DNA of 64,000 nucleotides from Eledone cirrhosa (GCA_964016885.1 OZ024740.1:99138001-99202000), one strand, 5' to 3'; numbered from the stretch's first letter, positions 27,410 to 41,916 are shown. The notes: generated from the letters alone by a model not told the origin. Numbers and translations are program-made.

Positions 27410-29659
27410 AAATGAGTGTAACAGATAAAATTCCTGGGGCTGAAAATCATAGACCCGAGGACGACCGACCATCTAGCATCTTCCACTTTAGCCGGTCGCC
27501 CTCAAGTGCTGGCCATTCGGCCTACTTAAGGTTATCTGGTGAGGGGGCTAAAGCTTATAGTGTGCTACTAACCTCCCGGTCAAAGGGAAGAAAAACAGAA
27601 AGAAAGAGGAAGAAAATTCAACGTTAATGTCATGCTACAAGAAAAAAAGACAGAAAGAGGAAGAAAAGTCAGCATTAATGTCATGCTACAGTCAGGCCAG
27701 GAATTGCCGCGAAACAAAGTTATTCTAAAGGACCCGTATTTTAACAGAGGTATATATTATAACAGAGGTATATATACTGGGGGTCTACATGGTATAATGT
27801 GTGAACGGAAGATTGGAACGTTAAATTTTTGTTTAGATTTATAGGATGAAGTTAAAAAAATTAAAGATTAACATTATAAAATAAAAAAATTAGATAATTG
27901 AAAATTAAACAGTTTAAACATTTTTTTAAGGTTTTGGGTTGCGAGGTTTAGTTAAAGAAAGAGTCTTTTATGAAGAATCTCTAATTGTATTATAGAGATC
28001 CTTGATAAGTAATCCGCGTGGGATGTAGAGTAAAGATTATGTCCTTGTTTAGCAGTCAAACAGCATGGGGCGACTGCAGACTCCGGCCAGCCCATCCTAA
28101 CCTCGTGTCAGCCATTCCGAGTGAGATCGCCTAGCGAAAGATATGGAAATCAATTTTTCCAAGCACTCTAGGAATGTATTCCAGGCTTCAGGTGTGCTAG
28201 TGGGAAGTCAGCCATCGTCGTTAGGCCATCGTTATACCAAACGAGTACTATTAATTTACACAGGAGGGGATTGGCAGTATCGGTAGAGAGTCGGACGCCA
28301 TGCTTTCCAGCATAGTTACATCCCTTTACGATCTGAGTTCAAATCCCACCGAGGTTGACTTTGCCTTTCATCCTTACGGGGTCGATAAAATAACGTACCA
28401 GTAATGCACTGGGTAATTGCTGGTCTTGTGCCTAAAGTAGAAACAATTAATTTACACAGGAGGGGGATTTGTTTAAGTAGAGGGAGGCATGATACAGCTA
28501 ATAGTTATGATTAGGCCTATAATTTAAAGGTACTATATGGCGGTCAAAAAACGGCTGCGCGGCGGGCCCCGGGGCGAATCAACCCGCTCCGAGTAATTTC
28601 ATTTACCGAAAGAAGGGGAAATTTATTTTTCCAAGCACTCAAGGTAGGCATATGCACCAGAAGGCCGGTCTCGCAGCCAGGAAAACCAACACAACAGTCG
28701 GATCATCGCGTGTAATCAATTGTAAAACTCGATGAAAAGCGCAAATAGACTATATCTAGGTCCCCGGGTAGTCCGGGTAATAGGTATTGTTGTTCTCAGG
28801 GGGATATATTCTAGTGTCGTGTTCTAATGGGTACAAGCGAGTAAAAATCCGAATAAAAGGAATAAAAAATACATGGATAGATAAAAGTAGAATACGTAGA
28901 TAAAAACACATTAATAATGTAAAAAGGTAGAAATATATAAATAAACAAATAAAAATAACTAGAGTGGTGGTGGAGTAAAATGGAGAAATCAAAACACAGG
29001 AGAAATACAATATAGTTCAAGTTGCAGTTAAATAATGCATATAGATATGGAAATGGAATCAGTGAGTGTTCGAGTCTGAGAATTCAATGAGAATTACAAA
29101 GGTCCTGAAGTATAGGGCAGAGGATTTAGTCAATACAGTACAGTACAATACAGGTGATGGTATAATCCGTAGAATTTTGTCGAAGTCTGAATATTCCGAG
29201 AGGGAAGTAGCATTGGATCAGGTGGGCGGTAGACAAAGCGCAGAGTAGCCAAAATCCGAATGGTAATTAGATCGAGTCAGTCCCATTCATTATTACATCT
29301 GGAAGTGCTCAACATTTCAGGAGCATTATTTATTTAGGTTTGAAAGTTCACCATTGGATAGAGCTGGTCAATTCCGTATGGTCAATCTTGATGTAATAAT
29401 ATGGAGAGTACTCAACGTAAAGCAGCTCAACCGTCTTCGTTTGTGTAGTTGGTGGTGCGAGTACGGAGTTAAACATTTTAATAAAATAAAAGGAGACTGG
29501 ACTTGTGTAAATCCTTGAAAGGTTTATTATATTATGATCATTTCAATGACAAGGTTTCGTATGAATCCGGTGATATCATCAGGTATTCGAAATATAATAA
29601 ATGAATGTAAGAGATTCATTTATTCAAGAAATTCATGGGGCTGAAAATCATAGACCCGA

Positions 29660-29665
<6 letters not shown>
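27410..29665 (-). mobile_element. Unclassified ~2.25-kb non-coding element with a short terminal direct repeat and a hammerhead core, possibly PLE-derived
   Basis: AAATTCxTGGGGCTGAAAATCATAGACCCGA at ~27428 and ~29630. Minus strand 29544-29588 reads CUGAUGA-UAUCACCGGAUUCAUAC-GAAAC-CUU-GUC with a weak stem I. Confidence 0.45.
28270..28445 (+). mobile_element. tRNA-derived SINE with a Nin-like central domain and ~19-20-bp TSD
   Basis: A box TGGCAGTATCGG, B box GAGTTCAAATCC, body GACTTTGCCTTTCATCCTTACGGGGTCGATAAAAT..GTACCAG. Flanked by ATTAATTTACACAGGAGGGG (28250 and 28446). Confidence 0.9.
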
Positions 29666-30499
<834 letters not shown>

Positions 30500-30505
30500 T
30501 ATATA

Positions 30506-30557
<52 letters not shown>

Positions 30558-30561
30558 CATA

Positions 30562-33512
30562 TGTAGGAGGTGAGTTTATTGTAGCACAATAAAGCAATGC
30601 AAATATCGGATAAGTAGCACTCCACAGTTTATAGGACTGGAGTATAAATAATATAAGATCAAAAGATGGTTAAAAGAGTTCCATGTATTTTTTTATGCTC
30701 ATTTCAAAAACAAATATCTTCATGGAATGACATTTGCGTTCTCATCAGATAAAATAGGGAGACATGATATGAAGCTTAAAAAGCACTTGCGAGCAGTGAA
30801 GTGTTAAATCAACATATGAAAAAGTAAGATGGATATATGAGATTGGGAAAAAAAGGAGGAGGGGGGAAGGAAAAGGTAAGGTAGGGGAAGAAAGAAAAAA
30901 GGATTACGAGGGAGCAGTATAAGAAGGTAGGATGAGAGAAGAGGAGAAATGAGTGAAAGAGAGAGGGAGATAGCCTTTAATACTGAGAAACACTTTCTCA
31001 CAGAGAAAATTAAAAAAACCGTTGTAAGATAATACATAATTTAAAAAAAATATTGAAATTAAAAGTTAATGAGGTTTATGAATGGTTATGTTTATGATTA
31101 AAGAAAAAGGAATTAAGAATAGTATTTATTTAAGGTTTATATATTGAAGAGTTTAATAATATGTACGAAAAGGAATTTTTTAATATGTATTATTAAAATA
31201 AAAATATTAAGGATATAAGGTGAATGAAGAAGAGATTAAATGAATTATGAACTTAGAGGAATTAGTTAGGGTTTAAGTTTGTTTTTATGTATTGTAATAT
31301 GAAAAAGTAAATAATAGGTTTAATACGAGCACGAAAGAAGAAAAATTTAAGGAAGAAAAAAAATAACGTCAAAAAAAAAATATATGTTTACAAAATTTAT
31401 TAATGGTAATATTAGTATATATTAAAAATATAGTTTGTATGGCCAAGAATATTAGGAAAATGCTATAGTGAGTAATAATATGAATTAAGAAGTAATTGAG
31501 AAGTAAAAGTTACAGATTAAATATTAAAAATTAAAAAAAGAAAAAGGGAAGAAAGGAAAAAAGGATAAAAAAGAAGAAAAATAGGGGACCGCTAACGACA
31601 TAGAATGAGTAAATTGTATAATATAATATACTGAAATAAGGTCGAAAGATGGGTATATTTGTAAAAGATATAAAAACGTTTGAGAAAAGAAGATTTTAAA
31701 CTAATTAGGTATTGAGATATTAGCTGTATACTTTATGGAAAGTTCTATGGGATTTATGCAAGTAGAGCGAAAATAATTCCGTACGTCTATTTATTATAGA
31801 ATTAAAATTAGAGATAATGGTAAATTTCTCGGCTAGGCAGAGATTACATATTCTGGATAGGGAAGAATTCTGGTAAGGAGAGGCGTTGCAAACCTTCCTC
31901 CAAGAGATGTTGTAATTAATATTTTTGTCTTTTAAGGACCATATGAGTTCTGAGAGTGCCGTGTTAGTTCTTTTAAGTTGGTATTTAAAAGACGAATTGG
32001 GATTATAAAATCTTGCTTTAAAGGAAGTGGAAGTGGAACCAAAATAGGTAAAAGAATTAGTACCATTTATAACCTTACATTCATACACTAAATTTTTCTC
32101 AAGACATTGGTTATTAAGAGGACATTTAGTTCTAACAGGGCAATTACAATTACGATTAGAGAAATTACCAGAGTTATTAACAAGTGACCTAGTATTATTT
32201 ATAGATTGGATTGGAGAAGTTATTTATGATAGGTACTATAGTTTCCTGATTTAGATTGGTGTTATGAACATTCGACAAAGTTACGTTTGACGTCGTATTT
32301 AAATTTACTGAATCTAGCCTAGAGTTAACATTGACATCGGTTTTACTATTGCTATTATTATGACGCTCAGTGTTGGATGGATATCATTTATTATTTAATA
32401 TTTTATTATTATGTTTAAAGATGTTGGAAGTGGTAAAATAAGAGAATTTGATTGTATGTTTGTTAAAGATCTTACTATAGATATGCGAGGGAGGGAAGCA
32501 TTTATCTAGGCCCTAAAAAATAGTTTAGGAATATTACTAGTAATAGATAGAGAAAAAGAAGCGTTGTACCAAATCATATTTTTGTATCTAGGTCTTTTAT
32601 TTAAGTTATTGGAATATTCATAACTAACTATTTTACTATAAGTCCTTCGGCGGTTGGTTTCTTTACTGTATTTAATTTTATCAGGATAACCGGCTTTGGA
32701 AAGCGCATTATTATAATAATTGGCATTAGCGTCGAAGATAACTTTATTAGATAATAGATTTGAGATTATTTTTTCAACATTACTTACTATAGCATTTTTA
32801 ACGTTAGTGGGGTGGTTAGATTTAAAATTAACATAATTTAGATTATCATTATCTTTATGGTAAGGGTAATATAGGCCGGTGTCAAGATTAAGGGATATAT
32901 CCAGGTAGGTAGCTGGTTTGACGTTGTTTTCAAATTCAATTTTTAGGTTAGTGTGCTTAATAGATCAAGTATATTATTCTTAATCATATTAAGGTTAACT
33001 AAGTTACAGTTTAAGACAGTAAAAAGGGCATCGTTACGTTAAGTTCCACCGCGAAGTTGAGGAATTTTCCGATTTAAAGAATTCAAAATAAAGATACCAA
33101 TCAAGTCCGTCAATTGCGCTGAATCCAACGAACCCATTGTGATAGAAAAATTGTTGGAAGTATCAGCTCTAGTCCAATATTCCTTGTTGAATTGCAGGAT
33201 AGTTTTTCTTGCGGTGAGAATGATGTAAAGTTCATCTGTGGTAATGTCAGAATATTGAAATGCGAAAGATAGAGCGTTGTTGAGGAGTGAAAGCGAAATA
33301 GAAGAATAGTAACTGGCAATGTCAAACTGAATAAATTTTTGTTTGTTTTTATTATTCAGGTCATTGAACCAGTTAATTACATCAGATGTACCAATCCATA
33401 AATTTAAGTTAGAAATAGAGCAATTAGAACGAACCTGTGGGATAATTCTATCCAAGATGGATTTACTAACAACCCCCAGATCTGATTTAGAGGGGCGATT
33501 AATCTAACAGGC
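30562..33512 (-). mobile_element. Penelope-like element, 5'-truncated relative of the 39789-45677 family
   Basis: RT piece 33039-33455 (IQFDIASYYSSI, ITMGS), CNC-x5-CPL knuckle and GIY-YIG 31720-32088 (YECKV...YFGSTSTSFKARF). pLTR with a hammerhead at 30686-30756 (-). Confidence 0.92.
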
Positions 33513-33569
33513 ATATTACAATACATAAAAACAAACTTAAACCTTAACTAATTTATTTAAGGTTTATAT

Positions 33570-34066
33570 ATTAGTTTTGGTGACAAACACAGTGAAGGAG
33601 GCAGAGGATTTGATGCAGGAGGTGGAGACTGCGTAATGGGTGTGGGGCTGAGAATGAATGAGATAAAGACAAAATATCTGGTAGAGAATATTAAGAAGCC
33701 AGAGAAGATTACTAATGTAGGCAGGAAGCCGCTAGAATTGGTTGAGGACTTCCTGATCTGGGTGCAAATATTGGGAATACGGAAGTTGATGTGGTCAAGA
33801 GGAAGAGCAAAGCCTGGGCGGCGTGCCACAGCTTGAGATTGGTGTGGAGATCGGACCGTCGTAAAGACCTGAAGATCCCCCTCTTCGTTGCTGTAGTGGA
33901 GTCTGTGCTGCTGTACGGGACTGAGACTTGGACCCTGACCAAGAAACTCGCTCAGATAATGGATGGGTGCTACACGAGAATGCTGAGGATAGTGCTGAAC
34001 ATTAATCAGTATACACTGAGGATGAAGAACTCAGACCTGTACAAGAGCCTCCCAAAAGTCAGCTAA
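33570..34066 (+). pseudogene. RTE-clade LINE RT C-terminal fragment
   Basis: VGLRMNEIKTK...RKSKAWAAC...VESVLLYGTETWTLTK...DGCYTRMLR. Confidence 0.85.
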
Positions 34067-34091
34067 AAAAATGTATATATATATATATATA

Positions 34092-35485
34092 CAAGTGGTA
34101 ACACAACAGTTAGTTCATCATACCGAGAACAATTGTTTCACCTTAGCGGATCCTCAGCTCGTAATGGACATGGTTATACGGACAGCCGTATGAACGCGCA
34201 TGTGCAGAAACGGTCACTTCACGCAGGCAATATAAAACTGCGTGTGAGAGGTGTAAGGGAGATAACTGCGAAAGTCCGAAAGGTTCTAGTTGATAAGTAA
34301 ATTAGGACGTTGTTGTTGTTCAATCCGGAGCTTTGTAGTTATGTAAGAGGTGTTTCCAGACATGTGGGCAACGAGTGAAGAAATCAAATTTTGGTTTAGG
34401 CAATCGCTATTGCGTAATCTCTTTAGAATATTTATCCGTTCATCAATACATAGTCCACAAGACGGATTGCCCCTTGCGTATGGCTTGGACTTAGTGATGG
34501 CTTTCCATTGAATGGAGTAGTTTATACTTGAGTACTTGAGCGACCATACGTGGCTCGCGAGTTTCGAGGATGATCGTTTGTCCGGGTATCTAAAGGTCGA
34601 CTGATGGTTCAGGAAGCGTTCCTTAAATCGGCCATCCGCCATTCCCACATAGGATTTGACCTCCTGTGGTTGATTTGATCGGGTGGAAGTGACCACAGCT
34701 TCATAAATTACAGCGGGTGTCTTGCATTGCTCTTAAAGGGGTCAAACTTCAAGCTTTCTGCAAGAGCACCTTGGTGGTTTGTTGCTCTTAGGGCTGTTGG
34801 TGATGTGGGCCTTCATATTCTTAGCGCAGGAGTACCCTAGTTTTACCTTTGTGTCTGTTAAGGATGGAGTGGTATTTGTGACCTATGGGAAAGTGTCTAT
34901 CTAAGAGGGCTTAAGATTTTTCCTACATTAGTTTTAACGTTGGGTGAGAAGGGAGGAGAAAACCAGATAGTTTGTCTATTGTTGCGCTTTCTTTTCTTAC
35001 TGCTGTTGTTGTCAGTGGGAGAGTAAGTGATAGGTTGCGAGAAGCCGCTGTTAGCTAACGCGGTGTTATAGTAGCGTGCCGCTCTGTCAAAGATAGCCTT
35101 ATTAGAGGAGAGGTTGGAGATTCTAGTACTTATATTATTTAAGAAGTTTCTGAAAACAGTGGAGGGTGGCATGAGTCCTTGTGAATGAAATTGAGTTTTC
35201 GTTAAGCTTATGGAAGGGACAGTAAGTGTGTGTGCGAAAGTAATGTCTAAGAAATATACACTAGAGAGGTTAGTAGCTACTGTAATCCTAAGTCCTAACT
35301 CATTGATGGTAGAAGTTAAGTCTTTTTAAAACTGGTAGAGGTCGTGACCACTTTTATGGCTCGATATGGTCAGGCCATCCGCGGTATATTCCCGTGTGGA
35401 AGTCCGGGAATCTAGCACGTAATATGTCTACAATAAATAGGCCAACCAAGTCACATACGTCTGCACTGTCAAACGATCCCATGGA
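34092..35485 (-). mobile_element. 5'-truncated Penelope-like element (RT thumb plus GIY-YIG)
   Basis: 34897-35172 (ISTRISNLSS, IWFSPPFS) and 34286-34696 (YVGMADGRFKERFLNH, CGLCIDE). Confidence 0.9.
34124..34161 (-). ncRNA. Minimal type I hammerhead ribozyme (38 nt)
   Basis: CGAG-CUGAGGA-UCC-GCUAA-GGU-GAAAC-AAUU-GUU-CUCG. Palindromic stem III; lies in the PLE 3' UTR. Confidence 0.85.
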
Positions 35486-35611
35486 GACGCGGAATAGTTC
35501 TGAAGTGGTTAACTTCTTTGGCCAGGCTACCAAAAAACCAACCCAAGCAGTGAGTGTGCTCCGGTAATATTTCTGGCAATATTATAACAATATGACCATG
35601 CCCACAAGTAG

Positions 35612-35704
<93 letters not shown>

Positions 35705-35789
35705 ACACATCTAGTTGAAGTCAAACTCAATTATCTGCCCACTCCCATACACATCACCTGCTCAGCCCATAAAAATTGGATATGCTTGA

Positions 35790-36220
35790 ATCTAACCACC
35801 CACAAAGCTGTACCATGACATAAAGCACAAAGTCCACCATGTATGCTGATCTGATGTCATAACAATAAACCCAGTCCATTCTATAAGGTGATCGTGATAG
35901 TGATAGGAGAAAAAAGCACCCTGTCCACACTGTAAAGTGATCATGCAGGTGACACGAGAAAAAGCACGCAGTCTAATTGTAATGGGATGTGCTGGCGGCA
36001 AACCAAAAAGCACCCAATTCACAGTGTAAGGGGGTCATTTTGGTACACTGGGCACTCTGTGCTATAGGTGTTGTTAGAAAAAGCATCCAGCTATAGAAAC
36101 CAAGCAAAAATACAAATCTGTATGAGCATAATATGGCCTCCAGGCCTGACTAATTTCCTCACATGACAAGCTGTTTAACCTATACAAAAATGGAAACTAG
36201 ATCTTAAACAATGATGATCA
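35790..36220 (+). mobile_element. RTE-related SINE with tandem ~35-40-nt modules and a (GAT)n tail; relatives at 39245-39492, 48430-48527, 55005-55186, 55375-55708, 58415-58706 (+) and 58115-58355 (-)
   Basis: Repeated AAAAAGCACCCAGTCCACACTGTAAAGTGG modules, GTTAGGAAGGGCATCCAGCTGTAGAAA, and a CCCATGCTAGCATGGAAAA..GGACGTTAAA(TGA)n end. Confidence 0.75.
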
Positions 36221-36232
36221 TAATTATAATGA

Positions 36233-36956
36233 CTAGCAGAAAAACCACCCTTCGAGTGGTTTTCTGCTAACATATGTAGTGTGTATATTGATATTATACA
36301 CAAATATATATGCGTGTAAATAAAATGGTAATTGACAATATAAACAGAAATTGAACACAGTCTGTGTTACACTGTCTTCTGTAATCAGTTACGTAATCCA
36401 TGATACATTTAAAAAAAGACGATATTATATATAAACTGCATTAGGAGAAAATTAGTGACGGAAATATATGCGATTATAAGTGTTATAATATAACGGCCGC
36501 TAACCGGATCATCATCATCACCATCATCATCATCATCGTTTAACGTCCATCTTCCACGCTTGCATGGGTTTAAATGTGTTGACATTTGACAATTTTAAAG
36601 AAGTGAATCTTTAAATAAGCTATAAAATATATTTAATCAACAGTCACGTAATTTAGTACATAAATTATGTAATATTCATTAATGATTGGCAGTATCGGTA
36701 GAGGGTCGGACGCCATGCTTTCCAGCATAGTTACGTCCCTTTACGAGCTGAGTTCAAATCCCGCCGAGGTTGACTTTGCTTTCCATCCTTACGGGGTCGA
36801 TAAAATAAAGTACCAGTAATGCACTGGGTAATTGCTGGCCTTGTACCTAAAGTAGAAACAATTATTTATTCAAAGTAATCCAACTTATTTTACAAATGGG
36901 GTAAAAACATATATTCTGGATGCAGTCCCGCACTCCTTTCTTTATTATAGTTAAGA
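36233..36956 (-). mobile_element. Probable small non-autonomous Helitron
   Basis: Minus strand starts TCTTAACTATAATAAA and ends with a hairpin plus CTAG (36233-36270). Flanks are A|T. Confidence 0.55.
36684..36860 (+). mobile_element. tRNA-derived Nin-like SINE, second copy
   Basis: Near-identical to 28270-28445. Confidence 0.9.
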
Positions 36957-36984
36957 TATATATATATAAATATATTTATCAAAA

Positions 36985-37560
36985 GTCCCACCACCACCAC
37001 TTCCTATCTCTGGCCATATTGGGCCATGTGGGGCCTAAGTATTAGGTCAGGTCATCATGCCATCTTGCTCATGGTCACCCTCCGATTCATCTCCCTGCCT
37101 TAGTGTCCACTCTATTGCTCTAAATGGCCATCTGTTTTCTTTGAGATGAGAGATGTGGCCAGCCCATCTATGTTTGTCTTTTTTGGTGGTCTTGATTATG
37201 TCTTTCATTCCAGTCTGCTTCTGAATCCTTGTGCTGTTCTTCTTGTCATGAAAGTTGATATCAAGCATGATTTGTTCAATTTTAGGTTGGTCCACTGCAA
37301 GAAATTTCGCAGTGAGTATGTTGAGTGTTCATGTCTCACTTCCATAAATCATCACCAGCAAAACATGTTCATTAAACAGCTTTCTTTTGGTTTCAATTGT
37401 TGATTTAGGATATCTAATGATATTATAAACTGTTCCAGAATTCACCCAGCCATGTACAATCCTTCCTTTGACCTCCAGAAGTAGGGCACAATATCTTGCA
37501 ATGGTAGTTCTATTTACAGTAGCTGGTGAGTGTTTGGCATGGCTGTTAAACATAACCTTG
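36985..37560 (-). pseudogene. RTE LINE 3' fragment
   Basis: KRKLFNEHVLLVMIYGSET and KHRWAGHISHLKENRW...EWT. Confidence 0.8.
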
Positions 37561-37958
37561 TTTTCCTAAGATGGATGGTAAGGCCTATTATGTGGTTCAG
37601 TCAGTGTGGATGGCATTGAGCATTTCCTCCAATTCTTGTGGTGTATGGGGTATTGAGATAATGTCATATAAATATATATACATGCATGGTCCCATACCTC
37701 TTGTGAAAGTCGCAGGCATACCATATTGACATACCCCTTTTTTCCCATTCAGTGGCTTTATACACCTCATTCTTAGATTATATTAAGTAACCAATATTAT
37801 GGTGACACATCTATATCTATTTCAATTCGAAAATTTGCTCGCCATGTTCCAAACATATTTCCTCTCTCTATATACAATATAGAGATGTTTAAAGGGTAGG
37901 CCGTATGACAAGTAGGTTCATTGCTAGAAGAAGCAGTTAGTTATCACCTATATATATA

Positions 37959-38081
<123 letters not shown>

Positions 38082-38463
38082 ATTTATGTATATATATATG
38101 TATGTATGTATCATCATCATCATCATCTTCGTTTAACGTTCATTTTCCACGCTAGCATGGGTATATATATATATATATTTATATATATATCATCATCGTC
38201 ATTATTGTTTGATGTTTTGATGTATATCTTCAACGCTGGCAATGGTTGGGCGAGTTTGTCCCATTTTGGGCAGGTTGGGTTGGGTGACAGTGTCTCACTC
38301 GTATGTATATATATATATGGTAAGAATATTTTCGAAACAGCGAGTGGGTTTGAAATTATTAGAAATGTAAGCTATCGCCGTATTTTGACTAAAGAAATTA
38401 AAGAAATTATTTAGCCTGAGAGTGGGGTTAAGAACCCTCGGAGAAATGCAAAAAGATGAGTAT

Positions 38464-38535
38464 TGACGTACATGGGAGTTGAACCCACATCTTTGGTTAT
38501 CCGGACCACTGTGCTACCATTTACACCAACACATC
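38464..38535 (-). pseudogene. tRNA-like sequence (SINE head or tRNA pseudogene)
   Basis: Acceptor GATGTGT/GTACGTC, A box TGGTGTAAATGG, T arm GTGGG-TTCAACT-CCCAT. The anticodon loop CCGGATA is non-canonical. Confidence 0.7.
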
Positions 38536-39725
38536 ATATATATATGTATTTTCAATTTATAGGGAAATTCGTATTTTCTGGCATCTTTACATGTCTACGT
38601 ATTAGAAATGTGAATATATTTATAAACAATGGTGCAGTCTTGTTTACACACACTATATTTATACAGATATAACTTTATCACACTCTTTGGCTGCTAGCAC
38701 ACGTCTCACTGTGTGTAAATACCCATATGTAATTGACGTCTGAGAAGAGTACTCAATACCGTAGTAGATTTTAAACATTCATTTTATTATGGCTAAATAG
38801 TGAGTTTTGTTACTCTGGAATTTTGCCTGCTTCTCACAGGTTCTTGTCTGATGACTCTGTGAGAGACAGGTAGGGCACCGGAGTCATATGACTCGCTATT
38901 TATCCTTTATAAGATGATTATATATATAACAATATATAACGTCATTACCATAACAGAAGTCTGATGAGTTTTTGATTCCATAGTTGAGCCAGATCGAACC
39001 TTGAGCTAATGAATCGTGAAACGCACATCACACCTCAGTAAGGAAAATTTGACACCTCGTCCATATTATTATTAACATTACACTCTTCGATGCGGTTGAT
39101 ATATTTGTGTGTTTATATACATAAAGTGTGTATGTATATGTATGATATGTGTATGTATATTACATATAAGGAGTATGTATGCACACACATATTTATATAT
39201 GTGTACATGTATATATATATGTATATATATATATGTATATTATACTGGTACCACAAAATATCCAGCCCACACTGTAAAGTGGACGTGTAAAAGACATGGC
39301 AAAAAGAACCCACCATACACTGTCAATGTGGTTGGCATTAGGAAGGGCATCCAGTCATAGAAAACCTGTCAGAAACTCTCTTATATAAGTGAGACAAGGT
39401 CACCCGACCCAACTTGCCTCTGGGTGGGACAAATCCGTCTGACCCATGCTAGTGTGGAGGATGTACGTTGATTGATGATGATGACGATGATGATATGTAT
39501 GCATATTGGACAATGTTGGAAAATAACGGTAACAACGGTTGATAATTATAAATAATATCTTAGGAAATCATGTGGACGACAAGCCACCTATTTACATCTC
39601 CATGTGTGTTTTCCTGCGTTTTTCTAAGCTAGAAATTATAGCAATCGACTGTTGTTACAGCTTTTTTTCTACATTTCAGATTCCCACATTTTCAAATTTC
39701 AAATCACCCAAAATTTCTATAATTC

Positions 39726-39793
<68 letters not shown>

Positions 39794-41845
39794 ATCAAAA
39801 GATGGTTAAAAGAGTTCCATGTATTTTATTATGCGCATTTCAAAAACAAATATCATCATGCAATAACATTTGTGTTTTCATCAGATAAAATAGGAAGACA
39901 TGATATGAAGGTTAAAAACACTTGTGGATAGTGCAGTTTTAAATCAACATATGAAAAGTAGTTTTAGATTGATGTGTGATATCGGGGAAAATTTTTTTTG
40001 AGGGGGGTGGGGGTGGAAAGGATGAAAAAGAGGAGGAGATGAGAGTAAAAAGTGGAGGGAGAGGAGTATAATGAGGAAGGATGAGATAGGAGGAGAGATG
40101 GGTGATATATAGAGAGACAGATAGCTTTTATAACTGAGAAAAATACATTGTTTTACATAGAGAGGTAGAAAAACCGTTGGAAGATAATGAATAAATTAAA
40201 CGAATTTGAAAAGTAACGAAGAGAAAAATAATGTAAAGTTAAGGTTTGTATATTGAAGGGTTTAATATGTGCGATGAAAAGAAATTGTTAATATGTATTA
40301 AGAATAATATTTAAGGGTTTAATAATATGTGCGATGGAAAGAAAATGTTAATATGTATTAAGAATAATATTTAAGGGTTTAATAATATGTGCGATGGAAA
40401 GAAAATGTTGATATGTATTATTAAAAAAACAAAAGTAATGTAAGTAAGGATATATTGTGAAATGAGCATGAATAAGTTAGATGAAAGTGAGAAAAAAATA
40501 ATGAATAGAGGATGAATAATCTAGCGTAAAAAAAAAATGTTTATGTTTACGAAAGATTTTTTCAAGGTGATATGAAGTAAGAATATATTGTATTGTGTAA
40601 TAATTGTTTCTATGTTAGGCACAGTGAGAAAAGGTACCGATTAGGGGTTAGAAATTAAAAGAAAAAGAAAAGAAAAGGAAAAGGAAGAAAGGGAAGTGAT
40701 AAATAGGAGTGATATAGAATGAGTAACAAGTATAATAATGTATAATAAATGACTTTGAAATAAGGTAGAAAGATGGGTATATTTTTAAAGAAGTATATAT
40801 ATATATGTGCCTTTGAGAAAAGGATTCTAAATTGATAAAGTTTAGGATATTAGCTGTATACTTTATGGAAAGTTCTGTGGAATGTATGCAAGCAGAGAGA
40901 AAACAAGTCAGTGCGTCTATTTATTATAGAATCTAAATTAGCTATAATGGTAAATTTTTCATTTAGACAGAGATTGCAAGTCTTCGATAGAGAACTGTTT
41001 AAGTATGAAAAGCAGAAGAAACCTTTTTCCAAGAGATGTTATATTTAATATTTTTGTCTTTCAAGGACCATATGAGTTCTGACAGAGCCGTGTCTGTTCT
41101 TTTAAGTTGGTATTTAAAAGACGAATGATGATTATAAAGACGAGCTTTAAAGGAGGTGGAAGTGGAGCCAAAATAGGTGAAGGAATTGGTGTCAGTTATA
41201 ACTTTACGTTCGTAGATTAAGTTTTTATCAAGACAATAGTTGTTGAGAGGACATTTATTTTTAGCAGGGCAATTGCAATTGCTCATCTCACGATATATCC
41301 TTACTTACATTACTTTTGTTTTTTTTAATAATACATATCAACATTTTCTTTCCATCGCACATATTTTTAAACCTTTAAATATTATTCTTAATACATATTA
41401 ACATTTTCTTTCCATCGCACATATTATTAAACCCTTAAATATTATTCTTAATACATATTAACAATTTCTTTTCATCGCACATATTATTAAACCCTTCAAT
41501 ATACAAACCTTAACTTTACATTAATTTTCTCTTCGTTAATTTTCAAATTCTTTTAATTTATACATTATCTTCCAACGGTGTCTCAACCTCTCTATGTAAA
41601 ACAATATATTTTTCTCAGTTATAAAAGCTATCTCTCTCTCTCTATCACACATCTCTCCTCTTATCTCATCCTTCCTCATTATACACCTCCCCCTCCACTT
41701 TTTACTCTCACCTCCTCCTCTTTTTCACCCCCCACCCTCAAAAAAAAATTTTCCCCAATATCACATCAATCTAAAACTACTTATCATATGTTGATTTAAA
41801 ACTACACTATCCACAAGTGTTTTTAAGCTTCATATCATGTCTTCC

Positions 41846-41916
41846 TATTTTATCTGATGAAAACACAAATGTTATTGCATGATGATATTTGTTTTTGAAA
41901 TGCGCATAATAAAATA
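41846..41916 (+). ncRNA. Type I hammerhead in the pLTR (copies 45479-45549 on +, 39822-39892 on -, 30686-30756 on -)
   Basis: UAUUUUAU-CUGAUGA-AAACACAAAUGUUAUU...GAUGAUAUUUGUUUUU-GAAA-UGCGC-AUA-AUAAAAUA. Palindromic AUGCGCAU stem III. Confidence 0.88.

Noticed and set aside
35790-36060. Regularly spaced ~35-40-nt modules resembling a CRISPR array
   Set aside because: Eukaryotic context, no cas genes, degenerate repeats with non-unique spacers. It is part of an RTE-related SINE.
38464-38535. Functional tRNA gene
   Set aside because: The anticodon loop lacks U33 and purine 37, and the acceptor stem has three G-U pairs. Better read as a SINE head or pseudogene.
38848-38895. CTGATGA followed by a hairpin as a hammerhead
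   Set aside because: No GAAA follows the stem and there is no stem III or NUH site.
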